Positions 47,939-58,777 of a stretch of DNA of 64,000 nt are shown in pieces. Every line of letters starts with the position of its first letter. The stretch's first letter is position 1. The stretch is from assembly GCA_016213445.1 (NCBI GenBank), contig JACRAJ010000001.1, positions 142,203-206,202 of the forward strand, read 5' to 3'. The notes beneath the pieces were generated by a model. It ran no database searches, had not been told where the DNA came from, and was given only the letters and a program-made list of their open reading frames with translations. Source of the DNA: Candidatus Azambacteria bacterium (GTDB lineage: Bacteria > Patescibacteriota > Minisyncoccia > UBA10092). The position numbers were made by a program, and so were the translations under genes.

Positions 47939-49441
47939 TTAGCTGACGCGATATTTGCTTTTGATGCCGCGAAATTCTTCTTCGGCGGCTTCCTGCGTTT
48001 TAGTTTGCGCGATTTTGCGCATTTTTTCAAGTTTTTCAAGCGGCTCTTCGTTTAATTCAGCCGCTCTTTTCAGCAAATAATCTTTTTTATTGTTTTTCGG
48101 ATTTTCGATAATTTCATCGAGAAGGATGTTTAAAATATGGCCGATTTTCGGGCCGGGTTTGAGTTTCAATTCTTTCATTAAAATATCGCCGTTGATTTTT
48201 AACATTTTTACCGAAATCGGGTCGCGCGACACTTTTTCAATAATCGCCCGAAGATGGCGGAGTTTGTACGGCTCGGCCTTGGGCACGCCCGAGCCCTTGC
48301 GGTCGGCGATGCGCACTTCAAGCAAGTCGTCGATATTTTCCGGACCGACATTTTTTACCAGTCGGCGCACCGAGCTTTCGCTTACTTCTTCAACATTGTA
48401 GTAAAACAAATGATAACGAACCAATAATACAACTTTTTCGATGAATTTTTTGGAAAATTTAAGCCGTTCCAAAATTTTGGCGGTCATTTTGGCGCCGACA
48501 ACTTCATGATTGTAGAAAGTGGAATCCGGCCCTTCGCCCCGTTTAGTGCGGGGCTTGCCGATGTCATGCAGAAGCGCGGCGACGCGGTTTTCCAGTTTAT
48601 AATTATTTTTCACCGCCCAATCCAAAGCTAAAAGATTATGTTCCCAAACGGTGTAAATGTGGTGCTTGTTCTGGCCGACTTGCCATCCCTCGTCGAGTTC
48701 CGGAAGGACATGTTTTAACAAACCGTATTCGCGCAGCATTTCGATTCCGGTTTTGGCGTTTTCAGCCATTATTATTTTGGCGAATTCATCGCGGATTCTT
48801 TCTTTGGAAATGGCGACAAGGTCGTTGGAATTTTTCTTTATCGCTTCGGCGGTTTTTTCTTCGATTGAAAAATTCAATTGCGCGGCGAAGCGAACGGCCC
48901 GCATCAAGCGCAGAGCATCCTCGTTGAATCTTTCATCCGCGTTGCCCACGGTTCGGATTATTTTATCGGCGATGTCTTTCTGCCCGCCGAAGGGATCAAT
49001 CAACGACATGTGATTTGCGACATGCGACATGTTGTTAATTCTTGCCGCTTGCCGCTTGCCGCTTGTTACTCCAAGCGCCATCGCGTTGATTGTAAAATCG
49101 CGGCGCGCCAAATCGTCTTCAAGTTTTGAAGCGAATTTAACGGCGTCGGGGTGGCGTTTGTCGGTGTATTTTTCTTCAACCCGGAAAGTGGTGATTTCAA
49201 CGATTTTCAGTGTCTCGTTTTCACTTTCGGTGTTCACCGCCACGGTGCCGAAATTGTTTTCATAAACGCTTTTTCGGAAAATTTTCTGGATTTCTTCCGG
49301 CTTGGCGTTGGTGGCGACGTCCCAATCGTACGGTTCGCGGTTTAAAATGAAATCGCGGACGCATCCGCCAACGGCGTATGCCTCAAATCCGGATTCGTTC
49401 AAATCGGCTATTATTTTTTTTACTTCTTTCGGGAGAATCAT
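47939..49441 (-). CDS. cca: CCA tRNA nucleotidyltransferase with HD domain
   Basis: VGGCVRD, DWD, RRDFTINA, EDALR.MRA.RF, LLHDIGK. Confidence 0.93.
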   Translation of the reverse strand: MILPKEVKKIIADLNESGFEAYAVGGCVRDFILNREPYDWDVATNAKPEEIQKIFRKSVYENNFGTVAVNTESENETLKIVEITTFRVEEKYTDKRHPDAVKFASKLEDDLARRDFTINAMALGVTSGKRQAARINNMSHVANHMSLIDPFGGQKDIADKIIRTVGNADERFNEDALRLMRAVRFAAQLNFSIEEKTAEAIKKNSNDLVAISKERIRDEFAKIIMAENAKTGIEMLREYGLLKHVLPELDEGWQVGQNKHHIYTVWEHNLLALDWAVKNNYKLENRVAALLHDIGKPRTKRGEGPDSTFYNHEVVGAKMTAKILERLKFSKKFIEKVVLLVRYHLFYYNVEEVSESSVRRLVKNVGPENIDDLLEVRIADRKGSGVPKAEPYKLRHLRAIIEKVSRDPISVKMLKINGDILMKELKLKPGPKIGHILNILLDEIIENPKNNKKDYLLKRAAELNEEPLEKLEKMRKIAQTKTQEAAEEEFRGIKSKYRVS

Positions 49442-49443
49442 AG

Positions 49444-51897
49444 CTAAAGCAATGTGGCGGAAACGACTTTGTCTCCGGGTTCGACGCGCATGATGCGGAC
49501 GCCTTGGGTGACGCGCGAAACGGTGGAAATCGAAGCAAGGTCGGTGCGAATCACCACGCCTTTTTTGGAAATGGCGATTATTTCCGTCGCTTCCGGCGGA
49601 ATCGCGAAAGCCGAAACTATTTTTCCCGTTTTCGGAGTGATTTTGGCGGTTTTGACACCCGATCCGGCGCGATTTTGTTTTTTGTAAAATTTAAGGAATG
49701 TTTTCTTTCCGTATCCGTTTTCCATAATCACCAAAAATTTGGCGTTTTGATCTTTTGCCATCGCCGCGGGAATGACATCCATCCCCATCACTTCATCGCC
49801 GGCGCGCAGGCGGATGCCGTGCATTCCGGCCGTCGCCCTGCCGAGCGGCCGCGCGTCTTTTTCTGAAAATCTTATCGCCTGTCCCTGCGAGGTGACAAAA
49901 ATTATCTGGTCTTCTCCCGATGATTCTTTCACCCATTTGAGCGCGTCGCCTTTTTTGAGTTTTATGGCGATAAGGCCGGAGCGGCGCACCGATTCAAAAT
50001 CGGCGATGGGCGTTTTCTTCACCAAACCGTTTTTGGTCGCCATCACGAAATATTTTTCGGAGTTCTTTTCTTTAAGCTGTTTTTCGTTGTAGGTAAGAAT
50101 CGCGGCGATTTTTTCATCGGCTCCGAGCGCCAAAAAATTCACGGCGGCTTTGCCGCGCGATTGGCGCGACGCTTCGGGGATTTCCCAAACTTTGGTTTGA
50201 AAAACTCGGCCGGCATCGGTGAAAAACAGCGCGTTGTCGTGGGTTTCGCAGGAAATAAAGTGAGTGACGGCGTCTTCTTCCTTGGTGCTTATGCCGGTTG
50301 CGCCCTTGCCGCCCCTGTGCTGGGCCCTGACGACCGCGGGATTCATTCTTTTTATGTATCCGGAATCGGTTAACACGATTACGGCTTCTTCAAGCGGCAC
50401 CAGGTCTTCTTCTTTAAATTCCCCCAAAGCGCCGGCGACCAATTTGGTGCGCCTTTCGTCGCCGTATCTGGTTTTAGCGTCTTGAAGTTCTTTGTGGATT
50501 ATTTCCAACACCCGGTCGCGGCTCTTCAAAATCAAGGTCAATTCTTTGATGAGTTTTTTCTTTTCTTCCAATTCATTTTCTATTTTTTTCCTTTCAAGAT
50601 TCGCCAGAGTGGCGAGCTTCATTTCCAAAATGGCATTGGCCTGAATTTCGGTGAATTTGAATTTGGCGACCAGGTTTTTGCGGGCGGCGTCGCGGTCTTC
50701 CGATTTTTTGATGGTTTTTATTATTTCATCTATGTGGTCGAGCGCTTTTTTGAGGCCTTCCAAAATATGGGCGCGCTCTTCGGCTCTCGCCAGATCATAT
50801 TTGGTGCGGCGCACCACCACTTCTTCGCGGTGTTTCAAGTAATATTCCAAAACGGCTTTAAGCGAAAGCACCTGCGGCTGGATGCCGTCAACCAAAGCCA
50901 GCATATTCAAATGGAAAGTGCGCTGGAGTTCGGTGTATTTATAAAGGTTGTTGAGGATTTTTTGGGGTGCGGCGTCGCTTTTGAGTTCAATAACAATTCT
51001 CATTCCGTCTTTATCGGATTCGTCTCGCAAATCCCTAATACCCTCGATTTTCTTTATGGAAACCAGCTCGGCGATTTTTTCGAGAAGCGTCGATTTATTT
51101 ACCTGATAAGGAATTTCCGTGATGATTATCTGGAACCGCCCCTTTTTATCTTCAACGATTTCGGCTTTGCCCCTGATGACAATCGGTCCGCGGCCGGTGG
51201 CGTAAGCCGCGGCGATGTCTTTTTTATTGTAGATTATTCCGCCGGTCGGAAAATCGGGCCCCTTAATGAATTCCAGTAAATCTTCGGTGGCGGCGCGAGG
51301 GTGCTTTACCAAATGGGAGGCGGCGTCGATTATCTCGTTCAAATTATGCGGCGGAATGTTGGTCGCCATGCCGACGGCAATGCCCATCGTGCCGTTTAAG
51401 ATAAGCTGGGGAACGGCGGAGGGCAAAACCTTCGGCTCTTTGCGAGTGGCATCGTAGTTGTCGATAAAATCAACGGTGTCCTTTTCTATATCTTTTAAAT
51501 TTTCTTCGGCCAAAGCGGTCAGCTTGGCTTCCGTGTATCTCATAGCCGCCGGGGAATCGCCGTCGACACTGCCAAAATTGCCCTGGCCTTTAATCAGGGG
51601 ATATCTCAAGGAAAAGTCCTGCGCCATGCGCGCCAGGGCGTCGTAAACCGAAATGTCGCCGTGCGGGTGGTATTTGCCGAGCACTTCGCCGACCACCAGC
51701 GCCGATTTTCGAAATTTTGCCGTGTGGCCCAATCCCAGATCGTGCATGGCGTAAAGAATCCGGCGGTGAACCGGCTTCAAGCCGTCGCGAACATCGGGCA
51801 AGGCGCGCTGAACAATCACCGACATCGCGTAATCCAAATACGACTCTTCCATTTCCCGGCTTATTTCTCTTTGTTTTATGTATCCTATTTCCGCCAT
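49444..51897 (-). CDS. gyrA: DNA gyrase subunit A
   Basis: [29 protein letters not shown], GyrA-box QHRGGKG. Confidence 0.98.
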   Translation of the reverse strand: MAEIGYIKQREISREMEESYLDYAMSVIVQRALPDVRDGLKPVHRRILYAMHDLGLGHTAKFRKSALVVGEVLGKYHPHGDISVYDALARMAQDFSLRYPLIKGQGNFGSVDGDSPAAMRYTEAKLTALAEENLKDIEKDTVDFIDNYDATRKEPKVLPSAVPQLILNGTMGIAVGMATNIPPHNLNEIIDAASHLVKHPRAATEDLLEFIKGPDFPTGGIIYNKKDIAAAYATGRGPIVIRGKAEIVEDKKGRFQIIITEIPYQVNKSTLLEKIAELVSIKKIEGIRDLRDESDKDGMRIVIELKSDAAPQKILNNLYKYTELQRTFHLNMLALVDGIQPQVLSLKAVLEYYLKHREEVVVRRTKYDLARAEERAHILEGLKKALDHIDEIIKTIKKSEDRDAARKNLVAKFKFTEIQANAILEMKLATLANLERKKIENELEEKKKLIKELTLILKSRDRVLEIIHKELQDAKTRYGDERRTKLVAGALGEFKEEDLVPLEEAVIVLTDSGYIKRMNPAVVRAQHRGGKGATGISTKEEDAVTHFISCETHDNALFFTDAGRVFQTKVWEIPEASRQSRGKAAVNFLALGADEKIAAILTYNEKQLKEKNSEKYFVMATKNGLVKKTPIADFESVRRSGLIAIKLKKGDALKWVKESSGEDQIIFVTSQGQAIRFSEKDARPLGRATAGMHGIRLRAGDEVMGMDVIPAAMAKDQNAKFLVIMENGYGKKTFLKFYKKQNRAGSGVKTAKITPKTGKIVSAFAIPPEATEIIAISKKGVVIRTDLASISTVSRVTQGVRIMRVEPGDKVVSATLL

Positions 51898-52124
51898 AAA
51901 TTTTTAAGTTCGCCGACTTGCGATTTGAGCGCTTGCCACACGCCGGGCAATTCCTGTTTTAAATTCGCCGCGGCTTCATCATTTTGATTTTGGGGAATTT
52001 GCGACGGGAAATTCAAAAGCCAAAAACTGAAAATCACGGTTATTATAACAGCAATGCCGGCCCACATTATCATTTTTTTTACCGGCTCGGGCTTGTTTTG
52101 AAGATTTTTTAAGAAATTATTCAT
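51885..52124 (-). CDS. Small single-TM hypothetical protein
   Basis: 79-aa ATG ORF overlapping gyrA start. Confidence 0.65.
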   Translation of the reverse strand: MNNFLKNLQNKPEPVKKMIMWAGIAVIITVIFSFWLLNFPSQIPQNQNDEAAANLKQELPGVWQALKSQVGELKNLWRK

Positions 52125-52148
52125 TTTAAGAAATAAAAATGGCTGAAA

Positions 52149-52295
52149 AAATAAAAGCGGAAAACATTATTTTCGAAGCTTCCGCAGCCCCGACGGCATG
52201 GTCTCGCCGCAGGCGAGCGTCGGGGCGAGGACGGACAGAGAGGTCGCCGCTGGGCGACCGAACACGCAAGAAAATAATTTTTTCCGCTTTTATTT
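52149..52295 (+). repeat. Structured dispersed element, copy D
   Basis: 26-bp terminal inverted repeat with one mismatch (52149-52174/52270-52295) with the same internal motifs, opposite orientation. Confidence 0.9.
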
Positions 52296-52344
52296 GTCAT
52301 AACTTTATTTTTTCACTTTTATTTTCATAAGCCGCTTTTATTTA

Positions 52345-52932
52345 TTATACCTTTTCCAAAATCACGATTTTCGTCTCATTTTCATTTATATCTTTCTTTT
52401 TTATGGCGAGTTTTGGTTGCGAAGTTCCGTCGGCTTCGCTTTCTTTGAGAAAAGCCGAAAGCGGCGCCCGTTTTATTTTCAATCCTTTAATGTCGTAAAG
52501 CATCGGAATAACTATCGACGGCCCGATTTTGTTTATTACTGTCATTGCCGTTTCCGCGTCTAAAACGCCACTGCCGCCAACCGGAACCAAAACAATGTCC
52601 GGATCGCCGATTAACGCTGTTTTTTCGCTGTCCAAATCCTCGCTTAAAAAACCAAGATGAGAAATTTTAATATCGTCGATTTCCATATTATATATGGTGT
52701 TTTTCCCGTCGGCGACGCCTAAAACGCTTACCCCTTTTATTTCATATTCTCCCGGACCGTCTATGACAAAAGCTTCGGTGTCCGCCGTTTGGCCGGATTT
52801 TGAATAAATTAAAACATCGCTTTTCAGGCGAGGAGGATTGATTCCCGATTCTTTTTGAGGCGGTTCGATTAAAATCCGTATTCCGCCGCTTTCCAAAAGA
52901 AAGCATGCTTCTCCGTACCAGCTGATTGTCAT
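52345..52932 (-). CDS. MBL-fold (Lactamase_B_3-like) protein lacking obvious metal-ligand histidines
   Basis: ISWYG.ACF, IDGPGEYEIKGV, PVGG, P.IVIPM; ATG at 52932. Confidence 0.8.
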   Translation of the reverse strand: MTISWYGEACFLLESGGIRILIEPPQKESGINPPRLKSDVLIYSKSGQTADTEAFVIDGPGEYEIKGVSVLGVADGKNTIYNMEIDDIKISHLGFLSEDLDSEKTALIGDPDIVLVPVGGSGVLDAETAMTVINKIGPSIVIPMLYDIKGLKIKRAPLSAFLKESEADGTSQPKLAIKKKDINENETKIVILEKV

Positions 52933-53024
52933 AATTTGTATATTGTTAAAATAACAAGTTTCCGCGAATTGTTCAAGAATTGGCATTTGACAAGGGCGCA
53001 TTTTGCGGATATTATCGTCAAAGT

Positions 53025-54158
53025 ATGGAAGCGCAAATGAAAATAAACAACAGCATGCAAAATTTGGCGGTCAAATTGCCCGAGGCTTTCGGCATGCCTA
53101 AATCGGGCGACGTGATCGAAGGCCGGATTGTGAAAAAAAGCGCCCGTTCTTTGTATTTTGATTTGGGATTGTGGGGCGTCGGCGTTGTTTATGGCATAGA
53201 ATTTTCCAACGCGCAGTCTATGATTAAAAATTTGAAAGCCGGCGATGTCGCTTTTGTGAAAATTTTGGAAATTGAAAATGAAGACGGCTTTCGGGAGCTT
53301 TCACTGGCCGAAGCGCAAAGCCAAAGGTCTTGGGATTTGATACGGGAATTAAAAAAAACCAATAAAACAATCAGCGCGAAAATTTTGAGCGTCAATCGCG
53401 GAGGCTTGATGGTTGAAATCAGCGGCGTTACCGGTTTTTTGCCGGTTTCCCAGTTGTCCGGCGAGCACTATCCGCGGGTTGAGGGCGGCGACAAGAACAA
53501 AATTCTGGAAGAGCTTTCCAAGTTTGTTAACCGTGAGTTCAATGTGAGAGTTTTGGATTTTGATCCGAGGGAAAACAAATTGATAGTTTCGGAAAAAGCG
53601 GCCGAGGAAGAGCACTTGAAAAAAGCCATCGGCCGGCATCAGGTCGGCGATGTTGTCGCCGGCGAAATTTCCGGCATAGTCGATTGGGGCGCTTTCGTTA
53701 AGTGGCCCGCCGACGAAGAAATGCTCGAAGGCTTGGTTCATATTTCCGAGCTTGATTGGCAATTGATAGAAAACCCCGCCGATTTTGTGAAAGTCGGCGA
53801 CAAAGTGTCGGCGCAAATTATCGATATTGCCAACGACCGGATTTCTCTGTCTTTAAAACGGCTCAAAATTGATCCGTGGAAAACAGCCTCGGCTTTCCTT
53901 GAAAAAGGAATGATTGTCGACGGTTTTGTTAAAAAATACAATTCTTTCGGCGCTTTCGTTGAAGTGGCTTGTCCCGTTTCAGCCGATTTGCCGGCGCAAC
54001 CAGGCGCTAAAAACGAAACACTGCAAGGGCTTTGCCACATTTCTGAATTCGGTTCGGATGAAAAAATGGCGACAGCTTTGGAAGTCGGAAAAAAATATCA
54101 ATTTAAAATCCTGGCTTTCGTTCCGGAAGAGCATCGAATGAGTCTGTCGAAGATTTGA
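53025..54158 (+). CDS. rpsA: 30S ribosomal protein S1 (four S1 domains)
   Basis: NRGGL.V, GFLPVSQL, GAFV, GLVHISE, RISLSLK. Confidence 0.9.
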   Translation: MEAQMKINNSMQNLAVKLPEAFGMPKSGDVIEGRIVKKSARSLYFDLGLWGVGVVYGIEFSNAQSMIKNLKAGDVAFVKILEIENEDGFRELSLAEAQSQRSWDLIRELKKTNKTISAKILSVNRGGLMVEISGVTGFLPVSQLSGEHYPRVEGGDKNKILEELSKFVNREFNVRVLDFDPRENKLIVSEKAAEEEHLKKAIGRHQVGDVVAGEISGIVDWGAFVKWPADEEMLEGLVHISELDWQLIENPADFVKVGDKVSAQIIDIANDRISLSLKRLKIDPWKTASAFLEKGMIVDGFVKKYNSFGAFVEVACPVSADLPAQPGAKNETLQGLCHISEFGSDEKMATALEVGKKYQFKILAFVPEEHRMSLSKI

Positions 54159-54290
54159 CAAAATCTGAATTTTATATTACATAAAGAACAACCTTTTGGG
54201 TTGTTCTTTAATTTTTTGAATAAGGAGGCGAATGAAGTGAGTAAAACTATCGATTCTAAGAATCGATAGTTAAATTCGGGAGGAGGAAGT

Positions 54291-54872
54291 ATGGAAAAAA
54301 TCTGGAATAAATTCCACCCGTTGTTTGGATCCGACCTGAAGGTCGGGCTGGAGTTCACGTATCCGAGGGACGCGGTTTTGGATCTAAATCCGCTTTATAA
54401 AAAAAGCGGCTTGATCCACAAATCGCCGAAAGAGTCGGTTGCGCGGGTGTGCGAACCGGCGATAAAGACTGTCGGCTGTTGTAAAACCGGCAGGGCGGCC
54501 AAAGTTTTTTTTGAGTCCCCGTTGCATGACAAGGAGTCATTGTTTCGAAGGTTGGTTTTTTCAAGGAAAAGCGATTCCGATAATAAACCAAGGCTTTGGA
54601 TGGTGTTTGCCAGGCATGGGGAAGCGTGCCACTTTGGCTTCGATTCATGGAATAGCCGGAGCGACCGCTACTTGACGCTGGCGTTTCCCGGCACCGGTTT
54701 AGACGATCAGTTTATTCCGGCTTATGTAAAAATTCAAGCAGGAAAGGAGGAGGAGTTTGTTTATCTGGAATTATGGGCGTGGAGCGATAGTTCCAGAATA
54801 GTAATTCAGGGGCGGCGAGTCTCCATATGCGAGGCTCCGCAAATGCTGATTGGCGCCCGGCCGGGGTGCTGA
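54291..54872 (+). CDS. Hypothetical protein
   Basis: GGAGGAGG RBS; 193-aa ORF. Confidence 0.65.
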   Translation: MEKIWNKFHPLFGSDLKVGLEFTYPRDAVLDLNPLYKKSGLIHKSPKESVARVCEPAIKTVGCCKTGRAAKVFFESPLHDKESLFRRLVFSRKSDSDNKPRLWMVFARHGEACHFGFDSWNSRSDRYLTLAFPGTGLDDQFIPAYVKIQAGKEEEFVYLELWAWSDSSRIVIQGRRVSICEAPQMLIGARPGC

Positions 54873-54903
54873 AAGTTAAATTTGCCTGATTGAGGAGGTT
54901 GTC

Positions 54904-55839
54904 ATGACGAATTTTAAGGAAGCTTTTGAGAAGGCGGAAAAAATAAGCGTCGTTGAGAAATCGACGGCGAAGCAGAAGGAGAAAGATGGCAGCAACGGCA
55001 ATGGAGACTTGGTTCTCCGCGTGCCGCCGATGAAAAAAGTTCCAACCACGGCAGGGAAACGCGAGGCTATCGACAAGGCCGTGGAGGCAACGAGAGAATA
55101 CGTTGCCAATATAACGGAACACATGATTGATCTCGTTTCCCGCATCAGCGAGATTAAAACAGCGTCGATCGAGGAGCGGGATATTCGCGGCGGCGAACTC
55201 GCGGCTTTGGAAGACGAGGTGCTCGCGCACATCCTCTCCGAGGAGAAGGCGCTGGCATCCGTCGCCCGGCAAGCTTATGCCATGGCGTTGGTCCTCACAT
55301 TGCCCGCCGATAAGCGGGCGGTGATCGCGGCTATTAATGGCGGGGGAAAAAATTCGCGTTTGCCCGGGCTTCTTCAGCTTGGCATCCTGTCTCAAACGGA
55401 TGCCGACGCAAAAGGAACGACGGTTGCCGTATATGGCGATCGTTACAAGGTAAACGGGAAAAGAGAATTTGCCGCGGAAGTGGCAAAAATTCTCGCCAAT
55501 AAATCTCTTAAAGCCAAAGCAAACATCTCGATAATCGAGATGTTTGACGGCAAATCCGGAAAAATTTTTGTGGATGTTCCGGACGCGGTAGATGGCCAGA
55601 AGTTTTTAGCCGGCGGCGCTCTGCTTGCGGAGAGCGACGGCAGAATTGTCAGGGTTGCGGCCGCAACCGGCCACTTTTCAAAAATTGTGGCTGAAATTAT
55701 GGCCGCCAAAACATTTATTTATTTAAAATCGCTCAAGAAAGAAAGATTTTGGGCGGGGGAGCGGTTGTCTGACGACGCATTCCGGCTGTGCCGGATTTTG
55801 CACTCGGTATTGCGTCGCGGAATAGCCGAGGTGCGATAA
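54904..55839 (+). CDS. Hypothetical protein
   Basis: GAGGAGG RBS; 311-aa ORF followed by hairpin and T run. Confidence 0.75.
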   Translation: MTNFKEAFEKAEKISVVEKSTAKQKEKDGSNGNGDLVLRVPPMKKVPTTAGKREAIDKAVEATREYVANITEHMIDLVSRISEIKTASIEERDIRGGELAALEDEVLAHILSEEKALASVARQAYAMALVLTLPADKRAVIAAINGGGKNSRLPGLLQLGILSQTDADAKGTTVAVYGDRYKVNGKREFAAEVAKILANKSLKAKANISIIEMFDGKSGKIFVDVPDAVDGQKFLAGGALLAESDGRIVRVAAATGHFSKIVAEIMAAKTFIYLKSLKKERFWAGERLSDDAFRLCRILHSVLRRGIAEVR

Positions 55840-55951
55840 CCTGATTGGGTTTTTGGCTCGCGGCGGCGGTTTTTTTAAAACCGTTGCCGTGGGCTATTTT
55901 TTATGATAGAATTCTAAATCGGATTAAGATTATTGAAAAAAATAAAACACT

Positions 55952-57793
55952 ATGAAAATAGGAAAATTTAATTACAAAAAATTTATAAACCAGATTTTTA
56001 TCGCCCTCGGCGCCTTGCTTTTGGTCGCTCTTGTTTTCGCTTATTTCAATTCGGCTTTTGACAAGCAAAAAACCATCGCTCTTTCCGAATTGGTTTCCAA
56101 AATAAACAACGGCGAAGTTTCGAAAATAATCGTCAAAGACAGCGATTTGGAAATAACTTTGAAAGACAACAGCGTTTATTCGGCGAAAAAAGAAGTTGAA
56201 AGTTCGCTTACCGAAACATTAAAAAACTATGGGGTGGATGAAGCCAAATTGGGCGCCGTTAATCTTCAGGTGGAAAAAAATGTCGGAGCCGGTTTTTGGA
56301 TTGGTGCGGTTCTTCCCGTCATTTTGCCTTTTCTCCTGGTGGGTTTTCTGATTTGGTATATGACGCGGCAAGCAAATCGCGCCAACGGCTCGATGTTCGG
56401 CTTTGGCAAGTCCCAGGCGCGTCTTTTCGGCCCGTTTAACGGCAAGAAAAAAATAATGCTTTCCGATGTCGCCGGCGCGAATGAAGCCAAGGAAGAGCTT
56501 GTTGAAGTCGTTGATTTTTTGCGAAATCCCAAAAAGTTTTTAAATATAGGCGCCCGGATTCCGCGCGGCGTGCTTCTCGTCGGTTCTCCCGGCACGGGCA
56601 AAACGCTTCTGGCGCGGGCGATTGCCGGCGAAGCCAATGTGCCTTTCTTTTATATTTCCGGTTCGGAATTCGTTGAAATGTTCGTCGGCGTCGGCGCTTC
56701 CCGCGTTCGCGATTTGTTTAATTTGGCTAAAAAATTCGCGCCTTCGATTATTTTTATTGACGAAATCGACGCGGTTGGCCGCCAGCGCGGCGCCGGGCTC
56801 GGCGGCGGCCATGACGAACGCGAGCAGACGCTCAACCAGATTTTGGTTGAAATGGACGGTTTTGATCGCGATACCAACATTATTTTAGTTGCCGCAACCA
56901 ACCGGCCCGACATTTTGGATCCGGCTCTTTTAAGGCCCGGCCGTTTCGACCGGCAGATTGTGGTTGACATTCCCGACATCAACGATCGCGAGGCGATTTT
57001 GAAAATCCATTCTCTCGACAAGCCGCTCGCGCCGGAGGTTGATTTGAGAAGAATTGCCGAAAGAACTCCGGGATTTTCCGGCGCCGATTTGGCCAATGTT
57101 ATAAATGAAGCGGCGATTTTGACCGCCCGCCAAAACAAGAAAATCATCGATCAAGAGACTATTTATCATTCAATCGAAAAAGTTTTGCTCGGACCGGAAA
57201 GAAGAAGCCACATTTTGTCCAAAAAAGAAAAAGAAATCGCGTCTTACCACGAGGCTGGGCACGCTTTAATTGCCGGAGTGTTGCCTCATTCGGATCCGGT
57301 CCATAAAATTTCCGTTGTTTCCCGCGGCCGGGCGGCGGGCTATACGATGAAACTTCCCATCGAGGACAAACATCTTCATTCCAAGAGTGAATTTTTGGCC
57401 GAGCTCGCGGTTTTAATGGGCGGTTACGCGGCGGAAAAACTTGTTTTCAAGGAAATCACCACCGGCGCTTCCGATGATTTGAGAAAAGCCACGGATTTGG
57501 CAAGGCGGCTTGTTACGGAATATGGAATGTCCGAAAAAATCGGCCCGGTATCTTTTGGGGATAAAGATGAGATGGTGTTTTTGGGCCGCGAACTCGGCGT
57601 TGAAAAAAATTATTCCGAATCCGTCGCCCAGATTATTGATAAAGAAATTGCGAATTTTCTTGCCGTCGCTTACGACACGGCGAAAAAAATCATCACCCAG
57701 CGCCGCAAAAAACTCAAAGAAATCGCCGAGCTTTTGATTGAAAAAGAAACAATCGAGCGCGACGAATTCGAGGCGATAATGGTCGCCGCGTAA
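55952..57793 (+). CDS. ftsH: ATP-dependent zinc metalloprotease FtsH
   Basis: Two [35 protein letters not shown]. Confidence 0.98.
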   Translation: MKIGKFNYKKFINQIFIALGALLLVALVFAYFNSAFDKQKTIALSELVSKINNGEVSKIIVKDSDLEITLKDNSVYSAKKEVESSLTETLKNYGVDEAKLGAVNLQVEKNVGAGFWIGAVLPVILPFLLVGFLIWYMTRQANRANGSMFGFGKSQARLFGPFNGKKKIMLSDVAGANEAKEELVEVVDFLRNPKKFLNIGARIPRGVLLVGSPGTGKTLLARAIAGEANVPFFYISGSEFVEMFVGVGASRVRDLFNLAKKFAPSIIFIDEIDAVGRQRGAGLGGGHDEREQTLNQILVEMDGFDRDTNIILVAATNRPDILDPALLRPGRFDRQIVVDIPDINDREAILKIHSLDKPLAPEVDLRRIAERTPGFSGADLANVINEAAILTARQNKKIIDQETIYHSIEKVLLGPERRSHILSKKEKEIASYHEAGHALIAGVLPHSDPVHKISVVSRGRAAGYTMKLPIEDKHLHSKSEFLAELAVLMGGYAAEKLVFKEITTGASDDLRKATDLARRLVTEYGMSEKIGPVSFGDKDEMVFLGRELGVEKNYSESVAQIIDKEIANFLAVAYDTAKKIITQRRKKLKEIAELLIEKETIERDEFEAIMVAA

Positions 57794-57913
57794 GCGAAAG
57801 TATTATTATAAAAACAAAACACAAGCGGTATCGTTGGTGTTTTGTTTTTATTTCAGATAAAATAGAACCATTAAACAGTAATCTTTTGATTTATAATTCA
57901 AAATGATAAACAA

Positions 57914-58579
57914 ATGGTTAAATTGGCAGAAAAAAATAAAGCACTATCTTTGCGCAAAGAAGGTAAAAGTTACAGCCAGATAAAAAGCGCTGTAAGCGTC
58001 AGTAAAAGCACCCTTAGTAATTGGCTTAAAGATTATCCATTGTCGAAAGAAAGAATCAGGTCTTTACAGGCGTTGAGCGAGCAAAGAATAGAGAATTTTC
58101 GGAAAACAATGATGAGAAAACGGCAATCAAGACTGGATAAAATTTATCGCGAAGAAAAGAAAAAATAGTTGCCGCTTTCAAATAGAGAATTATTTTTAAC
58201 GGGCATTTTTCTTTATTGGGGAGAAGGCACAAAAGCTACCAAAGGCGAATTAACCATATCCAATACCGATCCGAAAGTTATTAAGTTTTCATTGTATTGG
58301 TTTGTTAAGATATTAAAAGTTCCTAAAAACAAAATAAAAATTCTGGCGCATCTTTATAATGATATGGATATTGATAAAGAATTGCTATTTTGGTCCGAAT
58401 TGACTAAAATTCCTCTAAGTCAATTTAGGAAGCCTTATATCAAAAAAACTAGCCTGAAGTCCATAAATTATAAGGGAACGTTTGGCCATGGGACATGCAA
58501 TGTCAAAGTTATTGATACTAAGTTGACGGAAAAAATCATGATGGTGCTTAAAGCCGTGAGCGATTATTACGGCCGATAG
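57914..58579 (+). pseudogene. HTH + LAGLIDADG-like protein interrupted by in-frame TAG at 58166-58168
   Basis: LRK.G.SY..I...VSKSTLS.W HTH and G..LYWGEG.K...SN.DP in the same frame on either side of one stop. Confidence 0.75.
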
Positions 58580-58642
58580 CTCAGCGGTTAGAGCACGCGA
58601 CTTATAATCGCGGAGTCGATGGTTCGAATCCATCTCGGCCGA
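58570..58642 (+). tRNA. tRNA-Ile(TAT)
   Basis: CGGCCGA/TCGGCCG acceptor, A73; anticodon arm CGCGA-CTTATAA-TCGCG; GGTTCGAATCC T arm. Confidence 0.92.
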
Positions 58643-58700
58643 TCATTATGGAACATTTTGGCTGAAATGTTTTTAATAAAGTGTTGGAAAACAATTATAT

Positions 58701-58772
58701 GCGCCCATAGCTCAGTGGTAGAGCGTTCGCTTGACATGCGAAAGGCCTGAAGTTCGATCCTTCATGGGCGCA
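58701..58772 (+). tRNA. tRNA-Val(GAC)
   Basis: GCGCCCA...TGGGCGCA; anticodon loop TTGACAT. Confidence 0.95.
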
Positions 58773-58777
58773 CAAAT

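Noticed and set aside
52139..52330. Short ORFs over the structured elements (also 24475-24663, 17593-17808, 13630-13980)
   Set aside because: They only translate the repeat; conservation follows base pairing, not codons
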